Assembly (NCBI GenBank): GCA_038523235.1
Contig: JBCBJQ010000055.1
Span: 1-37,929 of the forward strand
DNA length: 37,929 nucleotides
Direction: 5' to 3'
Source: Cyanobacteria bacterium J06626_4
GTDB lineage: Bacteria > Cyanobacteriota > Cyanobacteriia > Phormidesmidales > Phormidesmidaceae
The notes under the pieces are model-generated. The model was not told where the DNA came from, ran no database searches, and saw only the letters and a list, made by a program, of their open reading frames with translations. The position numbers and the translations under genes are program-made. Position 1 is the first letter of the stretch; each line of letters opens with the position of its first letter. Below are positions 27,854-37,833 of the stretch, piece after piece.

Positions 27854-28741
27854 TTAAGCCGCGTCGGGTGCCAGCCAGAGTGCCAGATTTCTGAAATAGG
27901 TGTAGACGTCGGCCACCCCGACCGGATTCGCCCGGATGCCTTGGCCCGGCGGCTCATCCACAAAGCTCGGACAGCCCAGGCTGGGGTCAATGTTGTAATC
28001 CACAAAATGATGGAAGGTCGATTGCGCCACGACTCGTCCGGTTTGGTTACCGGCGGCATCAGTGGCGCGATCGCTCGCCACCACGAGGTTAAACGGGCGC
28101 TTCGTGGCTTTGCTTTTGCCCGTCGCAATTACCCGTGCTTGGGGCATATGCTCTGGCACGCCGACGCCGCCTTCGTGGGGATGGGCTAAAAAATACTGCA
28201 GTGGGCCATTGGCACCTTGCAGCAGCGGATGCACCGGCTCAACGGGATTAATCGTTTGCAAATCGCCGTTGGCACCGGAGTGATAGTTCGGCCAGTCAAT
28301 GCTGGTGGTGTAGGGATCGTCGCGATCGCGGTGGGCGGGGTCGGGATGGTTTTGCTGAGAATGAAAATAGTGAAACTGACCTAGCGGCCTGAGCGCACAC
28401 ATCGAAATGCCCATATCCTGATGGTCGCGCGTGGTCAAAATGCCGCCGCCCTGCTGATGGAACTGGGTGATGCTGGTACAGTCAGCCTCACTCAGGCCAC
28501 CGCCCACATCCAACGCAAACAGCCATAGCTCATCAAAGCGATCACGACTCAAGCGGCTGAGCACCGGATCGTTGCCCTCAGCATTTGGGGTGCGATCGCG
28601 GGCCGTCACCGCAAATAAGGGATTGCCGTCACTATCCTTCAGTCCACCCAAGTAGCGCTGCAACAGAGAAAAGCGTGCGATCGTCCAGTCGTCAGTATCG
28701 GTCGGCAGCAGCGTAGTTTGGAGCAGAATGCGAGTCGGCAT
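27854..28741 (-). CDS. Conserved hypothetical His-rich protein (possibly class I glutamine-amidotransferase/ThuA-like fold)
   Basis: ATG at 28741 (MPTRILLQTT). Motifs FDELWLFALD, F.QQGGGIL..RDH.D.G, WPNYHSGANGD, HPHEGGV, GRVVAQSTFHHF.DYN, and NLALWL at the C-terminus. Confidence 0.7.
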   Translation of the reverse strand: MPTRILLQTTLLPTDTDDWTIARFSLLQRYLGGLKDSDGNPLFAVTARDRTPNAEGNDPVLSRLSRDRFDELWLFALDVGGGLSEADCTSITQFHQQGGGILTTRDHQDMGISMCALRPLGQFHYFHSQQNHPDPAHRDRDDPYTTSIDWPNYHSGANGDLQTINPVEPVHPLLQGANGPLQYFLAHPHEGGVGVPEHMPQARVIATGKSKATKRPFNLVVASDRATDAAGNQTGRVVAQSTFHHFVDYNIDPSLGCPSFVDEPPGQGIRANPVGVADVYTYFRNLALWLAPDAA

Positions 28742-28893
28742 GGTTGAAGTGAGAGGAAAATTGAGGACACGGAGCAATCGGTCACAGATGATGACTGTCC
28801 CAATGATGGCGTGATGGAGGACGCGGGTAATGGTGTATGAGTGCCGCAAAACCTGGAGTTTTGAGGCGACAATCTCTCCTCGCTGCCACGCAT

Positions 28894-29589
28894 CTATTGC
28901 GCGGCCTTGATTTCATCCAATTTTGCCTTCACTGTTTGAATATCTTGCCACATCAGCCATTTGGGCGAGCCCTTGTCACGGGACGGGTTTCGCAGCAGAT
29001 AAGCCGGGTGCAAAATCGGCATACACAAGCGCCCTTCCCACTCAATCCACTGTCCGCGAATTTTGGTAATGCCGCGCTTTTCACCGGTGAGCCCTTTCAT
29101 CGCCGTCGCCCCCGTCAGCAAAATAATTTTGGGGTCAACTAGGCGAATCTGCTCTAGCAAGTACCCTTTGCAAGCAGCCGTTTCATCCGCCACCGGCGTA
29201 CGGTTGTTGGGTGGGCGGCACTTTACCACATTGCAGATGTAAACGTCCTGTTCAGTATCGAGACGAACAGCCGCGAGAATTTTTTCCAACAGCTGCCCCG
29301 ATTTGCCCACAAACGGCAGGCCTTGCTCATCCTCTTGCTGCCCCGGCCCTTCTCCCACAATCATGATCGGCGCTTGGGGATTGCCTCGGCTCACGACCAC
29401 GTTGGTGCGGCCAGCCGCCAAACCACAGCGCTGACAGTCATTGCAGTGTCTGGTCAGCGTGTCTAAATCGCTATAGATACCGGGCGGAATGGGAATGCTG
29501 CCGCTAGTGGGAATAGCCTCAACATCAAAGTTTCCGGCAGCGGCCTCAGCGGCACCGGCAGCAGCAAACAGGTCAATTTGGTCAATCAT
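28894..29589 (-). CDS. udg: Uracil-DNA glycosylase family 4 (4Fe-4S)
   Basis: CQRCGL..RTNVV, MIVGEGPG..ED..G.PFVGKSGQLL, NVVKCRPPNNR, HPAYLLRN. ATG at 29589. Confidence 0.93.
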   Translation of the reverse strand: MIDQIDLFAAAGAAEAAAGNFDVEAIPTSGSIPIPPGIYSDLDTLTRHCNDCQRCGLAAGRTNVVVSRGNPQAPIMIVGEGPGQQEDEQGLPFVGKSGQLLEKILAAVRLDTEQDVYICNVVKCRPPNNRTPVADETAACKGYLLEQIRLVDPKIILLTGATAMKGLTGEKRGITKIRGQWIEWEGRLCMPILHPAYLLRNPSRDKGSPKWLMWQDIQTVKAKLDEIKAAQ

Positions 29590-29872
29590 GGGCAGAGGCA
29601 GCAGACTAAGGACAGTGCACACATCGGAGCCTAACGGCTCGGCTCAAAGGTTCGGCTCCAATGCATGGATGTTATTGTAAGTGACCCGTTACAGCCAAGT
29701 CTCTATCCCAAGGGGCTGAGTAAACATTTTGCTGACCGCAGGGGTTTGTTGAGGGCGATCGCCTGCCCCGTTCTCAATCCTCATTACCTGACATAAATTC
29801 CATCCGATATCTTCTACACAACGGCCTCAGGCACCACAGTAAACTGAGAGTGATCTGCACAGAGGTGTTTGG

Positions 29873-30448
29873 ATGGCGACGCTGCTGATCAAAGTGCCCC
29901 CCTCAACGACGCTCACCGAAAACCAGTTCTACGATCTCTGTCGCGCCAACCCCGACATCAAAATTGAGCGCACTGCCGCTGGAGAACTGCTGTTTATGCC
30001 CCCAACTGGTGGTGAAACCGGTAACCGCAATATCGAGATTGCTGCTGACTTTGTCCTTTGGAATCGACAGGCTCAGCTAGGCATGTTGTTCGATTCTTCG
30101 ACCTGCTTTAAGTTGCCCAACGGAGCCGATCGCTCTCCCGATGTGGCTTGGGTGTAGCGCGATCGCTGGGAGGCACTGCCTTTGGCCGCCCGAGAAAAAT
30201 TTCCCCCGCTGGCTCCGGACTTTGTGTTGGAGCTGATGTCGCCATCGGACGACCTGACGACAGCTCAAGCCAAAATGGCGGAATATGGCGAGAGCGGCGT
30301 GCGGCTCGGCTGGCTGATTGATCGTAAACAGCGGCGCGTGTGGATTTATCGAGTCGCCGAAGCACCCCAGGTACTGGACGAACCAGCGGCCTTATCAGGC
30401 GAACCCGTCTCACCAGGTTTCACGCTCGATACCTCTATTGTTTGGTGA
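29873..30448 (+). pseudogene. Uma2 (DUF820) family endonuclease gene interrupted by one in-frame TAG
   Basis: ORFs 29873-30157 and 30182-30448 are in the same frame. Read-through gives RSPDVAWV*RDRWEALPLAAREKFPPLAPDFVLELMSPSD...KMAEY...GVRLGWLID. The stop is at 30155-30157. Confidence 0.88.
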
Positions 30449-30492
30449 TGGGTTTCAGGCAGTAATCGCACTCCAGCATCCACACCAGCCGT

Positions 30493-31683
30493 TTAATGAC
30501 TGCTAAGCATGCCCTGATAGGCGGCGATCGCCTGGGCCGCAATGGCTTGCCAACTGTACTGTTCCTTGGCGCAGCGTTGGGCATTGTGACCTCGCTGCTG
30601 CCGTTCGTCCGCATCTTTGAGGGCGGCTCGTAGCTGCTGGGCTAAAGAGGTGGCGTCGCAGGTGCAGACCCAGCCCGACTCGCTTTGATCAATCGTTTGC
30701 CAAATGTGTACCTGGTCAGAAATCACCACCGGCAAACCCACCAGCATCGCCTCAGCCACGGCAATCCCAAAGTTTTCGTAATAGGATGGCAGCACAAATA
30801 GATCGGCAGCTTGCAGAATGCCGGCTTTGAGATCACCCGAGACAAAACCGGTCAGCGTCGTCTGCGATCGCACTGCTGACTGCTCAAACCGCTCGCGAAT
30901 CGACTGTTCGTACTCCCGCTCTTGAGGATTAGCCCCACACATTAAGAGGTGAAACGGCAGGCCCTCCTGCTGCAGCGTTTCGAGGGCGAATAACAGCAGT
31001 TCAATCCCCTTTTTAGGATCTAAACGAGACATGAAGAGAATGATCGGGCGATCGCGAGGAATGCTGAAGCGATCGTGCACATCGATCGGCGTTTGAGGGG
31101 ACGGCAGGGGCGATACCCCTAGCGGCAGCACGAGGGCAGGCGTTTTGGCCCCAAACCGTTCTGAGATTTTGGCTTCTTGAGCGCTGGTGAAATGAATAGC
31201 GGCAGCCCCAGCTAAATTAGGGCCTTCGAGCAGAGCTGCGTAGAGGCGTTTGATCTGTTTCTTTTTGGTCAGGTCAGCCGGGTCGAGAGTGCCGAGAGGA
31301 CGCAGCAAATAGGGCACACCCCGCTGTCGCAGCACCGCCGCGGCAAACGAACTCACCGGAGAAAAGAGCGCGTGAATATGGACGATGTCGTAGTCGTGGG
31401 CATGATGCCACAGCCAGCGCAGCAGCCCCATGGAAAACTTATAGCGACGAAAGGGCGAACAGCGAAAGTAAATCACCGTGTAGTTGTCTTCAGCTACCGG
31501 CGTTTCTAGCGGCACATCCAGCGGTGCTTCATCCACATCGCCATTGGAATCGGTGGTGGCAATCGTCACCGCTGCGCCCTCAGCCGCCAGCGCCTGGGAA
31601 AAGCCCCGCACCATTTGGCTGGGGCCACCATAGACCAGAGAAATCGACGGGACGATTTGCAGCACCCTTAAGGGTTGGCTCAT
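30493..31683 (-). CDS. hpsP: GT4 glycosyltransferase, hormogonium polysaccharide HpsP-like
   Basis: VLQIVPSISLVYGGPSQMV, HIHALFSP, FMSRLDPKKG, PSYYENFGIAVAEAM. ATGA overlap with the upstream GT4. Confidence 0.8.
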   Translation of the reverse strand: MSQPLRVLQIVPSISLVYGGPSQMVRGFSQALAAEGAAVTIATTDSNGDVDEAPLDVPLETPVAEDNYTVIYFRCSPFRRYKFSMGLLRWLWHHAHDYDIVHIHALFSPVSSFAAAVLRQRGVPYLLRPLGTLDPADLTKKKQIKRLYAALLEGPNLAGAAAIHFTSAQEAKISERFGAKTPALVLPLGVSPLPSPQTPIDVHDRFSIPRDRPIILFMSRLDPKKGIELLLFALETLQQEGLPFHLLMCGANPQEREYEQSIRERFEQSAVRSQTTLTGFVSGDLKAGILQAADLFVLPSYYENFGIAVAEAMLVGLPVVISDQVHIWQTIDQSESGWVCTCDATSLAQQLRAALKDADERQQRGHNAQRCAKEQYSWQAIAAQAIAAYQGMLSSH

Positions 31684-32855
31684 GCCACCAGCTCCTGATA
31701 AAAGTCCAACGCTTGGCGGGCCAAAGCACGATTGGTGTACTGTGCCATCGCACGATCGTAGCCGCGCTTGCTGAGGTCAGTTTGCGTTTCGGGCGATTCC
31801 ATCAGGGTACGGATTTGGGTCGCCAGCGCCGCGGCATCCCCTTCTGGAAACACCAGCCCTGCATCGTCAATCACGTAGGGAATTTCGCCCGAGTCGGAGC
31901 CGATGACGGGCACCTGACAGGCCATCGCTTCGATTAAGACATGGCCAAACTGCTCTTTCCAACCCGCGGAGGTCAACGTTTTGAATTTGTTGGTGGTCTC
32001 CGACGGCAGCAGCAGCGTCGACATCAAGTTGATGTATCGCGGCACATCATTGTGGGGGACGCTTTCCACCCAGCGCAGGCGATCGCCCACGCCCAAATCA
32101 GTGGCCTGTTTTTGCAGCGTTTCTTTGAGAGGGCCGCGTCCTAGTAACAGACATTTCCAGTTCTGGGCATGGCCTTTGAGCTGTTCCAGCGCTTTCATCA
32201 CCGTCAGCAGCCCTTTCTCTTCGACAAAGCGACCGACGAAGCCAATCACAAAATCATCAGCGGCAATCCCCAAGCGCTCAGCCAGTTCGGGTTGGGGCTG
32301 CGGTCGAAATAGGGTTTCATCGACCCCCAGTTGCGGCATCACCCGAATCGGCCCCTGGTAGCCGCGATCGCGCAAAATATCGGCGCCATCTTGATTGCCG
32401 GACACGATGCCATCGGTGCCGCCCAAGTTGTAGCGTTCTAGCAACGAGATTGGAAACTTCAACTCGTAGGGCAAGTTCCACCAGGTAAAGAACAGCATTT
32501 TGGCCTTCAGCCCCAGCAGCCGATTCAGCGTGATCATCTCAGCATAGGCCAGGCCCTTAGAGCCCTGCTCGACCTGAATCACGTGGGGCCGAAACGTGCG
32601 CAGTAGCGACACCAGATCCAGCCCAAAGGTGAGCATGCCCTGGTTATTTTGGCTGAAGTTAGAGAGCGGCACCACTCGAAACCGCCCATCTTGCCAGGCT
32701 TGTTTCTCAATGATGCGATTTTGTACCCCACCGGGCTGCCACCGTTGTGGCACAACGACGGTAACTTCTAAATCGGGGGCGAGCTGGGCCAAGGTGCGAA
32801 ACTTTTCGCAGTTCAAATCCACGATGTAGGTGTGGCTGGCAACCAGGATTCTCAT
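31680..32855 (-). CDS. hpsO: GT4 glycosyltransferase, hormogonium polysaccharide HpsO-like
   Basis: MRILVASHTYIVDLNCEK, FFTWWNLPY, GFVGRFVEEKG, WKEQFGHVLIEAMAC. Confidence 0.8.
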   Translation of the reverse strand: MRILVASHTYIVDLNCEKFRTLAQLAPDLEVTVVVPQRWQPGGVQNRIIEKQAWQDGRFRVVPLSNFSQNNQGMLTFGLDLVSLLRTFRPHVIQVEQGSKGLAYAEMITLNRLLGLKAKMLFFTWWNLPYELKFPISLLERYNLGGTDGIVSGNQDGADILRDRGYQGPIRVMPQLGVDETLFRPQPQPELAERLGIAADDFVIGFVGRFVEEKGLLTVMKALEQLKGHAQNWKCLLLGRGPLKETLQKQATDLGVGDRLRWVESVPHNDVPRYINLMSTLLLPSETTNKFKTLTSAGWKEQFGHVLIEAMACQVPVIGSDSGEIPYVIDDAGLVFPEGDAAALATQIRTLMESPETQTDLSKRGYDRAMAQYTNRALARQALDFYQELVA

Positions 32856-32941
32856 GGGTGGGCTTCCTCGGGAATAGCAAGATGAGCGGGTTCAGAGCGG
32901 TGTGCTGCATCGACCACACTAAAGTTCAGTTCAAGGGAGCA

Positions 32942-33937
32942 TTAGCATTGAGCCGACAGCGCCATGGGGGTATCGGCGGGCGTGGTGTGGATGCGGTGAC
33001 GTTTACCGGTTTTGATCAGCGTGCCCACGGCATCTAAAAAGCCCAGGCAGTAAAAGCCAAAGCGCGTCACCACCTTGATAGGAGAACCGCTTTTGTTGCA
33101 GGGCGGATGGCCCAGCACATGACAATCGAACAGCTTGCCGTAGAGACGCAGTGCCTGTCCGGGCGTCAGGTTTTTGAGCCCCATCAAAAAGTGATTGTGG
33201 TAGAAGGTGATCTGATAGGCCAGCGATCGCGTGCTGATGTCGTGGCAGCCGCCGGTTTCTTCCCCCAAGTGCACGAGGTTCGCATCGGGCGCGTACCAAA
33301 CGATGTAGCCGGTGCGGCGGAGTCGCAGGCAAAAGTCGGACTCTTCGCGCACGGCATTGCCGCGAAACCGCTCGTCAAAGCGCAGGCCATGTTTGCCAAA
33401 GATCTCGCGCCGAAACGACATGTTACAGCCCCGCGCCGAAATCACTTGCTGCGGCTGGGTGGTATGCACTAAATCAATGTGATACCAAGCAATGCCGGGA
33501 TCCATGGCCGCTTCCGGTAAATACTCAATCGAGAGGTTTGGATCATCGCCCAGCTTCATGCGATCGAAGACGCGCCCAGCGACGGCCCCGACTTCCGGCT
33601 TATCTATAAAGATTTGGGCATGGGCCTGCAGGTAGCCTGCGGGCAGCTCAACGTCATCGTCGATAAACAAGATGATGTCGCCGCGCGATCGCTCAACCCC
33701 GTAGTTGCGTGCCCCCGGCAAACTCGCCCACGGCAGCTGAAAGTATTCAATCTTGCCACTTTGGGCCGTGGTTTCGAGATAGCTTTGAGTTTCCGGCTGG
33801 TGATCGTGGGTCTGGTCTACCACAATCACTTCAAAGTCAGGATAATCTTGCCGTAAAACATCCGCGATCGTGCTGCAGAGCACCTCTTCTCGCTGGTAGG
33901 TAGGGATGATGATGCTGATACAGGGGCAGTCAGTCAT
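32942..33937 (-). CDS. hpsN: GT2 glycosyltransferase, hormogonium polysaccharide HpsN-like
   Basis: ATG at 33937. ISIIIPTYQR, ARNYG, LFIDDD (DxD), ARGCNMSFRR, FDERFRGNAVREESDFCLR. Confidence 0.8.
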   Translation of the reverse strand: MTDCPCISIIIPTYQREEVLCSTIADVLRQDYPDFEVIVVDQTHDHQPETQSYLETTAQSGKIEYFQLPWASLPGARNYGVERSRGDIILFIDDDVELPAGYLQAHAQIFIDKPEVGAVAGRVFDRMKLGDDPNLSIEYLPEAAMDPGIAWYHIDLVHTTQPQQVISARGCNMSFRREIFGKHGLRFDERFRGNAVREESDFCLRLRRTGYIVWYAPDANLVHLGEETGGCHDISTRSLAYQITFYHNHFLMGLKNLTPGQALRLYGKLFDCHVLGHPPCNKSGSPIKVVTRFGFYCLGFLDAVGTLIKTGKRHRIHTTPADTPMALSAQC

Positions 33938-34126
33938 AAAAATAGCGGGATAAATAATCAGGAGTATCTTTACGCTTGCCGTTAGTGTTCTCAAATTTCT
34001 GAGAATCTAAACATGCCCTCGGTGAATTTTCCTAAAAGTTGGCAAGACGCGAGGATCCCTTGACGAGCGCTGCGGGTGACCGAGTTCCTGCCGTCAGTGT
34101 CTCCCGTGCGGCAATTCATCCGACCC

Positions 34127-34154
34127 CTCACCTGCAGTCTCGACAGCAGGTGAG
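34127..34154. other. Hairpin between the c-di-GMP gene and hpsN (no poly-U tail)
   Basis: CTCACCTGC-N10-GCAGGTGAG, 37 nt downstream of the stop at 34192. Confidence 0.4.
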
Positions 34155-34191
34155 AGAGGCACATCAGCGAAATCGCCTTCTAGAGGCTTAT

Positions 34192-37100
34192 TTATAGAGA
34201 AACAAAGGGTGAAGGTCTAGCAATGCCATAGCCCTGCACGTAATCCACCCCTAACGCTTTGAGTTGAGTCGCGGTCGCTAAATTCTCGACACGCTCCGCG
34301 ACGATTTGCACGTCCATGGCTTGGCCAATGCTGCAGATTGATTGCACAATCGCCTGATTCACCGGCTCGTTGAGTTTCTGCACAAAGTCGCCGTCGATTT
34401 TGATGTAATCGACCGGTAGCTGCTTGAGATAGCGGAAGGAAGACATGCCACTGCCAAAGTCATCTAAAGCAAACTGACAGCCTAACTGCTTGAGACTCTT
34501 CATAAAGGTCGTCACCCGATGCAGATTAGAAATGGCGGCGGTTTCCGTGATTTCAAAGCAAATCTTGGTGGCATCGACCGACTTCTGGGTCAGCTGCGCT
34601 TTCAAAAACGTTAAAAACTCCTCGTCGCTAAGGCTAGCGCCCGAGAGGTTGATGTTGTAAAGCCCGTCCAAATTACCCCCTCGTGTACTCAGCTCAGCCA
34701 AGAAGTGCAGAATTACCCACTCATCAATTTTGGCCATCCGGTGATAGCGCTCTGCCGCTGGAATGAAGGCCATCGGCGGGATAATCTTGCCATCCTCGCC
34801 GAGCATCCGGACCAGCAGTTCAGTATGGGGATAAACGCCGTCAATCTCGTCAACCTGGGCAATCGGCTGATGATAAAGCTGAAAACGATGGGTTTCCAGC
34901 GCTTGGTCAATCCGCAGACACCACTGTTGTTCATCGCGTTGCCGCGATAAGACTAAATCGTCTGTCCGATACACATGAATGCGATTACGACCGGCTTCCT
35001 TGGCGGCATAGCAAGCCGCATCAGCTGCAGCGAGCACGGTCGTCAGGCTGCGAGTCTCGGGGGTGATTTCGACGATGCCAATACTGACCCCCACGGCAAA
35101 GGAATGCTCGCCCCAGACAAATCGCTGTTCTCGAATCGACTGGCACATGAGATTCGCAATCCGGCGGGCAAACTCTAACGAACACTGCCGGAGTAAAATC
35201 GCAAACTCATCGCCGCCCAAACGAGCCACCACGTCAGTAATTCGCACCTGATTGTTCAAACTGTCAGTCACTTGTTGCAGCAGCAGATCGCCAGCTGCAT
35301 GACCACAGGTATCGTTGACCAGTTTGAACTGGTCTAAATCGAGATAACAGAGCACGCTCGGGCTATCGACCGTTACCAGAAGTTCTGCTAGTTGAGCTTC
35401 AAAGCCCCGCCGGTTAAACAAGCCTGTCAACTCATCATGGGTGGCTTGCCAGGTGAGTTGTTTAGATAGTCGGCGGGCCTCAGTGACATCATGGAAGACC
35501 AGCACGGTGCCAATGATCTCACCCGCACTATTGCGAATGGGGGCCGCAGAGTCTTCAATACTCCGCTCGCTGCCATCTTTAGCAATCAAAATCGTGTGAT
35601 TGGCGAGGCCGACAATAATGCCTTCGGCCAGCACCTGGTCGACCGGGTTATCAACCGGCGCGCGCGTATATTCGTTGAGGATGACAAAGACGTCTGTAAG
35701 AGGCCGACCCTGAGCTTCCGCTTGTGACCACCCGGTGTGCGCCTCGGCAATCGGATTGAGGTAGTTCACACATCCCTGAGCATCGGTGGAAATGACTGCA
35801 TCACCAATCGAATCGAGGGTCACTTGAGCTAACTCTTTCTCGTTGTAGAGATCTTGCTCTAAGCGCTTTTGTGCCGTGATGTTGAGGGCAACGCCACCGA
35901 GAAAACGTTGATTGTCTAAGTCCTGATAAGGGAACTTAGAAACCAGCCAATCTTGGTCATTACCCGCCGCATCGGGCACCGACTCCTGGAGCTGTAAAGG
36001 CTGCCCCAACCGCATCACCGTTTGGTCGTTCTGCATGTTTTGCGCGGCGGCCGCTGGCGGCAGCCAATCAAGGTCGGTTTTGCCGACAATCTCGGTAGCG
36101 GCGATCTGAAAGAACTGCTCAAAGGGCCGGTTGACATAGAGAAACTCGCCAGAATCAGCATCTTTGATAAATGCTAAAGCGGGGGAGTTATCCATGAAGG
36201 TTTGGAAGCGTGTTTCGCTGGCTTGAAGAGCAGCCACCGCTTGGTTGCGCTCAGTCACATCCACCATTACCGCTAGAGAACGCACAACATTGCCCGCCGC
36301 ATCGCGCTCTGCTGTGGCAGATAGTAAGACATCAAGCACCTCGCCAGTCTGGGTGACGATCTGATAGGGCACATCCGTGCAGCTGCCGATGGCAAAATAC
36401 TTGGGCAGCACCACCTGCTGAGCGTACTGCTGGGAGGCAGCGGTCAGAAACTCAACAGACTTACGACCAATCACCTCCTCTCTGGAGTAGCCGAGTTTCT
36501 GCAGCCAATAATCACTCACGGAAATCAATCGACCTTGATGATCGATGGAATGTAGCATCACTGGGGTTTTGAGATAGAGCGCCCGATACCGCGCTTCACT
36601 CGCTGCTAAGGCCAAGGCTGACTGCTTGCGGGCGGTGATATCTCGCACGAGTACGAGCACACTCTCTGAGTCACAGGGCACAATTCTGACTTCTTCGTAC
36701 CGCGTTTGACCCTCAAAATTCATCAGCCGTTCGTACTCAGCCGGTTCTCCAGTTTGAAGCACCCGCTGAGCGTGTTGGAGTTTTTGCTGAGCGTGGGCTT
36801 CCGGCAGATAATCACAGATGGTGTTGTCGAGAAAGTGATGCGTTCGTGCTAAAGTCTGGCCCTCAACATTCAGGTAAGTGCCATCAAGTTTCATCCAAAC
36901 AATGCGATCGGGAATTGCACCGAGCAAGGCTCGATTGAGCGTCTCACTGCGCTGTATGGTCTGCTCAGCCTGTTTGCGATCGCTGAGATCGCGGATGATG
37001 TCAAGATGCCCTAAGGGTCTGCCAGCTTGGTTTTTGACCACTGTGCCGATGGTTTCACCAGTGAAAATTTCCCCGGTCTGCCGCCGATAGCGTTCTTCAT

Positions 37101-37833
37101 GCACCCTGATGCTGCTGTCGTCTTTAGGGTGATGATGTTGCTCTTTCTGATGGTGATAGTTAGCTGGCGTTTCATAAAGGTGTTGGATTGTCCGGCCCAA
37201 GACATCGATCGGGTTACAGCAAAAGACGTCACTAAAGACCGAATTAACCCGACAGACGCGACGCTCGGGGTCAGCGAAAACCACCGCATCGGGAATGGCA
37301 TTCAAGATACTTTCTAGGACAGCGGCGTACTGATGCAGCTGATCGACAGAAGCCAACGTATTGTCTAAGGCATGTTCGAGCCGTCGGGTTGCCTCGAAGA
37401 GTTGGTTAATGCGTTGTTCAGAGCGGCTCTGATACTGCATTTGTTTGAGCGCTTGATAGAGGATCTGGGAAAAGAGAATGGGGTTGAGGGCCTCTTTTGA
37501 AAGTAGACCTTGAATGCCGGTCTGGATCAGCTCTTGAGCGAGTTCCTCTTCAGACTCATTACAAAGAATTAGGGTCGGCAGTGCAGCCAGCATTTGAGAC
37601 GTTTGCTGGATACGCTCTCTGGCCTGTGCCCCCAGAGTCTCCAAGTCAAGCAACATGAGGTCCGCCGGAGAAGACGCACATCGCACGGTGGCATCTTCCA
37701 AAGAGGCGGCAACGGTTACCTGAGCATTGCTAAACCAGGAACTTTTCAGCAAATGCAGAATAGATGCTGTTGTGGCGTTGTTTCCAACTAGCAGAAAGCT
37801 AAGGTTGTCGCGGACAAAGTCTGGGTAAGCCAT
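34192..37833 (-). CDS. REC-like / multi-PAS-PAC / GGDEF / EAL diguanylate cyclase-phosphodiesterase
   Basis: N-terminal receiver-like region (DLMLLDL). About 5 PAS/PAC units (…RDITARK, …DVTER). HDELTGLFNR, RITD-VVARL-GGDEF (RxxD I-site), ELLVRM, FEITET, LDDFGSG, IKIDG, VQGY. Confidence 0.95.
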   Translation of the reverse strand: MAYPDFVRDNLSFLLVGNNATTASILHLLKSSWFSNAQVTVAASLEDATVRCASSPADLMLLDLETLGAQARERIQQTSQMLAALPTLILCNESEEELAQELIQTGIQGLLSKEALNPILFSQILYQALKQMQYQSRSEQRINQLFEATRRLEHALDNTLASVDQLHQYAAVLESILNAIPDAVVFADPERRVCRVNSVFSDVFCCNPIDVLGRTIQHLYETPANYHHQKEQHHHPKDDSSIRVHEERYRRQTGEIFTGETIGTVVKNQAGRPLGHLDIIRDLSDRKQAEQTIQRSETLNRALLGAIPDRIVWMKLDGTYLNVEGQTLARTHHFLDNTICDYLPEAHAQQKLQHAQRVLQTGEPAEYERLMNFEGQTRYEEVRIVPCDSESVLVLVRDITARKQSALALAASEARYRALYLKTPVMLHSIDHQGRLISVSDYWLQKLGYSREEVIGRKSVEFLTAASQQYAQQVVLPKYFAIGSCTDVPYQIVTQTGEVLDVLLSATAERDAAGNVVRSLAVMVDVTERNQAVAALQASETRFQTFMDNSPALAFIKDADSGEFLYVNRPFEQFFQIAATEIVGKTDLDWLPPAAAAQNMQNDQTVMRLGQPLQLQESVPDAAGNDQDWLVSKFPYQDLDNQRFLGGVALNITAQKRLEQDLYNEKELAQVTLDSIGDAVISTDAQGCVNYLNPIAEAHTGWSQAEAQGRPLTDVFVILNEYTRAPVDNPVDQVLAEGIIVGLANHTILIAKDGSERSIEDSAAPIRNSAGEIIGTVLVFHDVTEARRLSKQLTWQATHDELTGLFNRRGFEAQLAELLVTVDSPSVLCYLDLDQFKLVNDTCGHAAGDLLLQQVTDSLNNQVRITDVVARLGGDEFAILLRQCSLEFARRIANLMCQSIREQRFVWGEHSFAVGVSIGIVEITPETRSLTTVLAAADAACYAAKEAGRNRIHVYRTDDLVLSRQRDEQQWCLRIDQALETHRFQLYHQPIAQVDEIDGVYPHTELLVRMLGEDGKIIPPMAFIPAAERYHRMAKIDEWVILHFLAELSTRGGNLDGLYNINLSGASLSDEEFLTFLKAQLTQKSVDATKICFEITETAAISNLHRVTTFMKSLKQLGCQFALDDFGSGMSSFRYLKQLPVDYIKIDGDFVQKLNEPVNQAIVQSICSIGQAMDVQIVAERVENLATATQLKALGVDYVQGYGIARPSPFVSL

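Larger units (their letters stand above)
2034..36982. repeat. Dispersed HIP1 octamers (GCGATCGC)
   Basis: Many copies in genes and spacers from 2034 onward; none seen in 1-1920. HIP1 is a cyanobacterial hallmark. Confidence 0.9.

Noticed and set aside
29676..29693. Palindrome TGTAA-N8-TTACA between udg and the Uma2 gene as an NtcA site
   Set aside because: The spacing is GTA-N10-TAC, not N8. It could bind another factor but there is no further support.
34192..37833. Functional link between the YjcZ/RdcB-like gene and this PAS-GGDEF-EAL protein, by analogy to E. coli RdcAB-DgcE
   Set aside because: They are over 30 kb apart with different base composition, and this protein has no MASE1-like membrane domain. 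Co-occurrence in the window is probably chance.
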